A stretch of DNA of 64,000 nt from Klebsormidium nitens. Taxonomy: Eukaryota; Plantae; Klebsormidiophyceae. The notes beneath the pieces are model-generated. The model had not been told where the DNA came from. It saw only the letters and a program-made list of their open reading frames with translations, and ran no database searches. Within the stretch, counting starts at the first letter, position 1. Every line of letters starts with the position of its first letter. The DNA lies in assembly GCA_000708835.1 (NCBI GenBank), contig DF237158.1:1-64000 (forward strand). Direction: 5' to 3'. Below, in pieces: positions 60,301 to 64,000 of this stretch. The position numbers and the translations under genes are program-made.

Positions 60301-62806
60301 AGCCCCGGAAGTACGTCCCCAGGAACGGCAGCGGAGCGGGCACACGCGCCGACGGGCTCTGCTCGGCGTCAGATTCCTCCTCGTCGCTGACGTCATCCTG
60401 TCCTGGCGCCTGTTTTTGCCCCGCTCTTTCCTCTTGCAACTGTTTGGCTGCCAACGCATTCGCCTCTGAATTGCGGCTCTGCTCCGAGGGGGTGGTGGTA
60501 CCACTTTCACCGGCGTTCTTGTCGCCCTTGAGCCCCCCCATGCCATGCGGCGCCTCTTGGTTCACGCTCTCTGCATCGGACGAGTCCTCCGACGCCGAGT
60601 CCAGGATGTATTTCCGGCCTTTCCGTCTGCCCGCCAGCTCCGAGTACGTCGACCCTCGACGACTCGCCCGTCCGCTCCGCTCCTCGGCATCCATACTGCT
60701 CTGGCGGGCCCTTGTGAACACGCCTTGTGCCTTTTTCGTTCCACCAGCCACCACGCTTGCTCTGCCATCCCCAATCGACTCCCTGCTCGTCAAGGGGGCC
60801 CCCTGGCCCACGCTGCCGGTGCTGCTTTTCCTGCTGAGCGGCCCCCCCACTAGCTCCACCTCGTTGCTCACTGAACTGGATCTGCCGCCCGCACCGCTTC
60901 TCCCAGCAGCCTTCACCTCCAGGGTGCCATCTGGAGAGAAACTGCCTTCTACCACAGCCGGCTCTTCCTCTCCACCATCACTTGCCCGGCTCATTCTTCT
61001 GACTGCCCCTTCATTATCTCCCAACTCCAGGACCTCGTCCAAGTCAAGGCTCTTGTCCTCCTCTGCTCCGTTTTCTTCCGCCTTTGCGTCATCCTGTTCT
61101 CTAGGTGGGGCCCCGTCCTCAAGAGCGCCGTACTCAGGCGCGGTGACGCTGCTCTGGGACGATCGCTTTGACAGCTGCCCCTCCACAGAGCTTCGCCTGC
61201 TGCTCGTTCTCTTCGCCATTGGCACCTGTGTCTCCAAGGCAGGACCCTCCACGTCCACCATAGCAACGCCCTGTGCTTCCAGCGGATTCACCTCAAAACC
61301 TCCGTCCATTTTGGCAGTGCCCGCCCTCTTCTTCCTTTTCGGTTTCTCCCCTTTGGCCCGTTTTGACCTCTGGCTCCTAGCTGGCGGCACCATTTCCTCA
61401 GTAATGTCGGTAGGCTGGCTTTCCTCCCCCCCTGTGATTGGCTCCTCAACTGCGACGACTATGGCTCCTGTTTGGCCAGCGTCCGGAAGCTGGCCCCCCA
61501 GGCTGCCGGCATACAGTGCTCTAGTCTCAACCCCTTCCTCGCCCCCTACTGAGCCCGCGTGGACGACCCCCCTGCCCAGCTCGATCGACTTTTTGGCCCG
61601 CCGCTTGATCTTGTTGGACGGAGCAGGGGGTAGAGCTGCCGCTTCCAGTGCTCCCGTTGAGGCCCCCGTCTGCCCTTGCTCTTCTTGGCAGCCTTCCTGA
61701 CCAGGCAGACTCTGCCTTCCGCTGCTAGGAGCTTTCTTTGCGCTGCCATTGCTCTCTACGCTACTCCTACGCAGCAGCCTCTTCATCTCAGCAACCTCGG
61801 TTTCAAGCGATTCCAGCCGCTCCGACCTGGACCCTGCACTGGCCCCCTCAGCAGCTGCCTGCTGGTTCTCCTCGAGTGCAGCCAGGTTGGTTGAGCTCCC
61901 GGTTGGCAGGGCGTGGCTCCGCCGCCCCTCGCGCAGCAGCCGGCTCTCGCTGCCCCCCAGGCTTCCAGCGTGGAGGATCTTGCCGGGAGGTGGTGCAGAC
62001 ATTTTGGGCGTGGCTGTCTGTCGTTCCTTTTCAAATTGCAGCTTTAACTGGCCGCCTGCTTCTGGTTGATTCTCTTGCGCTGCTTGGGCCACCTCGCCAT
62101 CAGATTCTTGCCTGCTGTCATGCTTGTCCATGTGTGCAGGCTCCGACTCAGCGGCCGCCAGCAAGGCTGGCAGATCTTCCACAGCACTGATGGCTTCTTG
62201 CCGCTTCATCCCTGGAGATGGACCTGGGACTGTCAGTTACGGACTTGACTGCAAACTTCGAGGTCAAAAAGTTAACATCGAAATATGAAAAGCAGCTCGA
62301 AAGCGACAGCATCTGGTATCAACAGTGTTTTTCCTCTGGTCAAAGCGACGCAGCCATGTGACATTGCAGAGTAATTTTGAAGTACTGCCTAAAGACGCCC
62401 CACCTTTGCACCAGATGAGCGTCTCCAGCGAGATGTCCCCTTTGGCCCACAACCCACGCAGTACCTCCCACGAGCACGGCCCAACCGGGCGGCCCCCCGT
62501 CTCCTCGTTTCCATAGAAGAAGTGCAGCGTCTCAAAGTCCGCAGGGAGCGACACCAGGCTCGCTATGCCGACATCAGGGCCCAGTGGGCCCTCCATCCTT
62601 TTCTTTTTCAAAGTGAAGCATAGGAGGTCGGCTTCCTTTTGCAATGGGCGATACTCCTCCTCCACTACACACTCGTTGCGGAAAGCGGCAATGATATGTT
62701 GGCAGTAAGCTGACCTGGCATCTTACAGTGGATCAATCAGTGAGTTGTACCTGAGATACCTGCATTCAGGAGCATTTTGCACAAATTTGAAGACGTGAGC
62801 TTCCAT
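57311..62806 (-). CDS. Protein with an N-terminal GYF_2-like domain, a long disordered region, a coiled coil and a C-terminal GAS2/GAR-like domain
   Basis: GYF_2: FFYG..GRPVGPCSWEVLRGLWAKGDISLETLIWCK|GM..AISAVEDL. Coiled coils: LEAKCVRLAKK|VRALRQEKEEL and VRELEVRLAQLAELLE. GAR-like: LHDAYRAQTGRKLPLVK|VEGGVYRLAGRKVHLAVANERLCLKAGGGLQDFADYLGR. The start codon (62806) is tentative. Confidence 0.7.
58588..58625. repeat. Short direct repeat (2 x 16 bp) in an intron
   Basis: atacttaaaagatggt / atacttaaaagacggt. Confidence 0.8.
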
Positions 62807-64000
62807 CACTCGTTGAGTCTTTTTGTGTCAAACTTCAATGGTCCGTTTGATCAGCTGGCATGGTTGCAAGGAAATCATGCATTTCAAAAGTTCAGACTGT
62901 GACTCCAATCAGTGTGAGGGCACCTCAGAAGCGCATACGTATTCCCCTGCTGGTCTTAGAATCATGTGATCAAGCTGCCTCGAACGTACAACGTCCCTTC
63001 CGACGGACCTGGACCGCTATATGTAGAACTGAGTAAGTCGCTTGCGCGCCAGGGTGCTGCCACTTATCAATGGCGCATGCATTCTCAAGTCCCACGTGCT
63101 TTGTCCCAGAAAGGTCATCCATGATTCAAACCTTTCAAGTTCTGTGACTTCAGCCAAGTCAAATCCATGGCCATCTACAACTTCCAACCCACATGGACTG
63201 CGCGCGAGCAACCTCGCAGCATCGGAACACCGTCAAGTAAATTCAGAAGTCAAATTTTCCACCGTCGATAAACCTTGACATCAAGCACCGGCGCGGCCGG
63301 GCGCTATCAAGGGCGGCGGCCGCCCGCCGAACCGGTCCGGCGGCGCGGGCCGGACCGCGCTGTGAGCACCCTCAGTCTTTGAGGAAGACAGCTAGGGGCA
63401 CGTATAGTCCGATGATGGTTACTCTCGGTAGTCATGTACATGGCCCAAAGGGCAGAGAAAAAGCGCACATACGGTATCTTAATGATCCAGTTACATGCAA
63501 TTGGATCAGCTAGTATAAGTGTGGCAAAACTTGAAAGCGCGGGAGCTGGAGGATCTAGGCGGCACTTTAAGTGAACGGGCGATAGCAAGTGCGCCCTCGA
63601 CCGAACCCGAGATGCAGTCGCCTGACGTGTGTGATGCAGGAATATATAAGCTTAACAACCTTTGTCGGGGAGGAACTGATCACATCATTGCGCCTACTGC
63701 TATACGCAGTTTGGGTATCACCAGATCTGAAACGTAGGTGCACACTTCAGCTCACTCACTACAGCATATATGCATGTGTCCATGAGAATGTGTCTGACGC
63801 TTCCCAGATTCATGAACTGATCGATGCAGCCATATCTGAAGCATGGATGGCAGCGAGGGGAGAAAGACCTCGTCGCGTTTTATCCTCAACGTAGCCGAAC
63901 TAAACGTACGATATTGACAAAGTTTGCATGCCGTCTCGATGCAGTATTGTGACGCATGAATGGTAAAAGCTAGCTTCTAACCTTTCCGCTCGTAATCTGT

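Noticed and set aside
60225-61700. 491-aa plus-strand ORF antisense to the GYF_2/GAR gene
   Set aside because: Shadow frame of a long GC-rich exon, with no splice or domain support.
63333-63395. Possible Helitron 3' end (hairpin plus CTAG)
   Set aside because: The CTAG is more than 30 nt from the hairpin, and there is no 5' TC end or Rep/helicase remnant.
1-64000. CRISPR arrays, rRNA, prokaryotic operons or defence systems
   Set aside because: No repeat-spacer arrays or rRNA signatures were found, and spliceosomal introns throughout show this is eukaryotic nuclear DNA.

Overview
This is GC-rich eukaryotic nuclear DNA with many spliceosomal introns. Gene content and intron style suggest a streptophyte green alga such as Klebsormidium (inference). 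No rRNA, tRNA or CRISPR array was seen. I reconstructed 12 protein-coding genes by hand from splice signals and reading frames. They alternate strictly in strand (+ - + - + - + - + - + -): RING-CH membrane E3 ligase; DUO3/GON4L-like Myb protein; DPD1-like DEDDh exonuclease; intronless four-zinc-ribbon protein; giant NZF/RING/IBR/BIRC6-type UBC protein; RRM-like protein; F-box/LRR protein; CAP1; glycosyltransferase-like protein with a degenerate sulfotransferase-like tail; MPC2-type pyruvate carrier; large SHOCT-like disordered protein; GYF_2/coiled-coil/GAR-like protein. A ~500-bp foldback element starts the window. The most interesting observations are the NZF-RING1-IBR-UBC fusion with two consecutive GC-AG introns, the GYF_2...GAR-like protein, the strict strand alternation, ApT/palindrome-dense islands in the longer intergenic spacers, the GT/pseudo-sulfotransferase fusion, and an unexplained frame switch near 51.9 kb. 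Domain calls are from motif recognition, not database searches, and exon boundaries are manual predictions.
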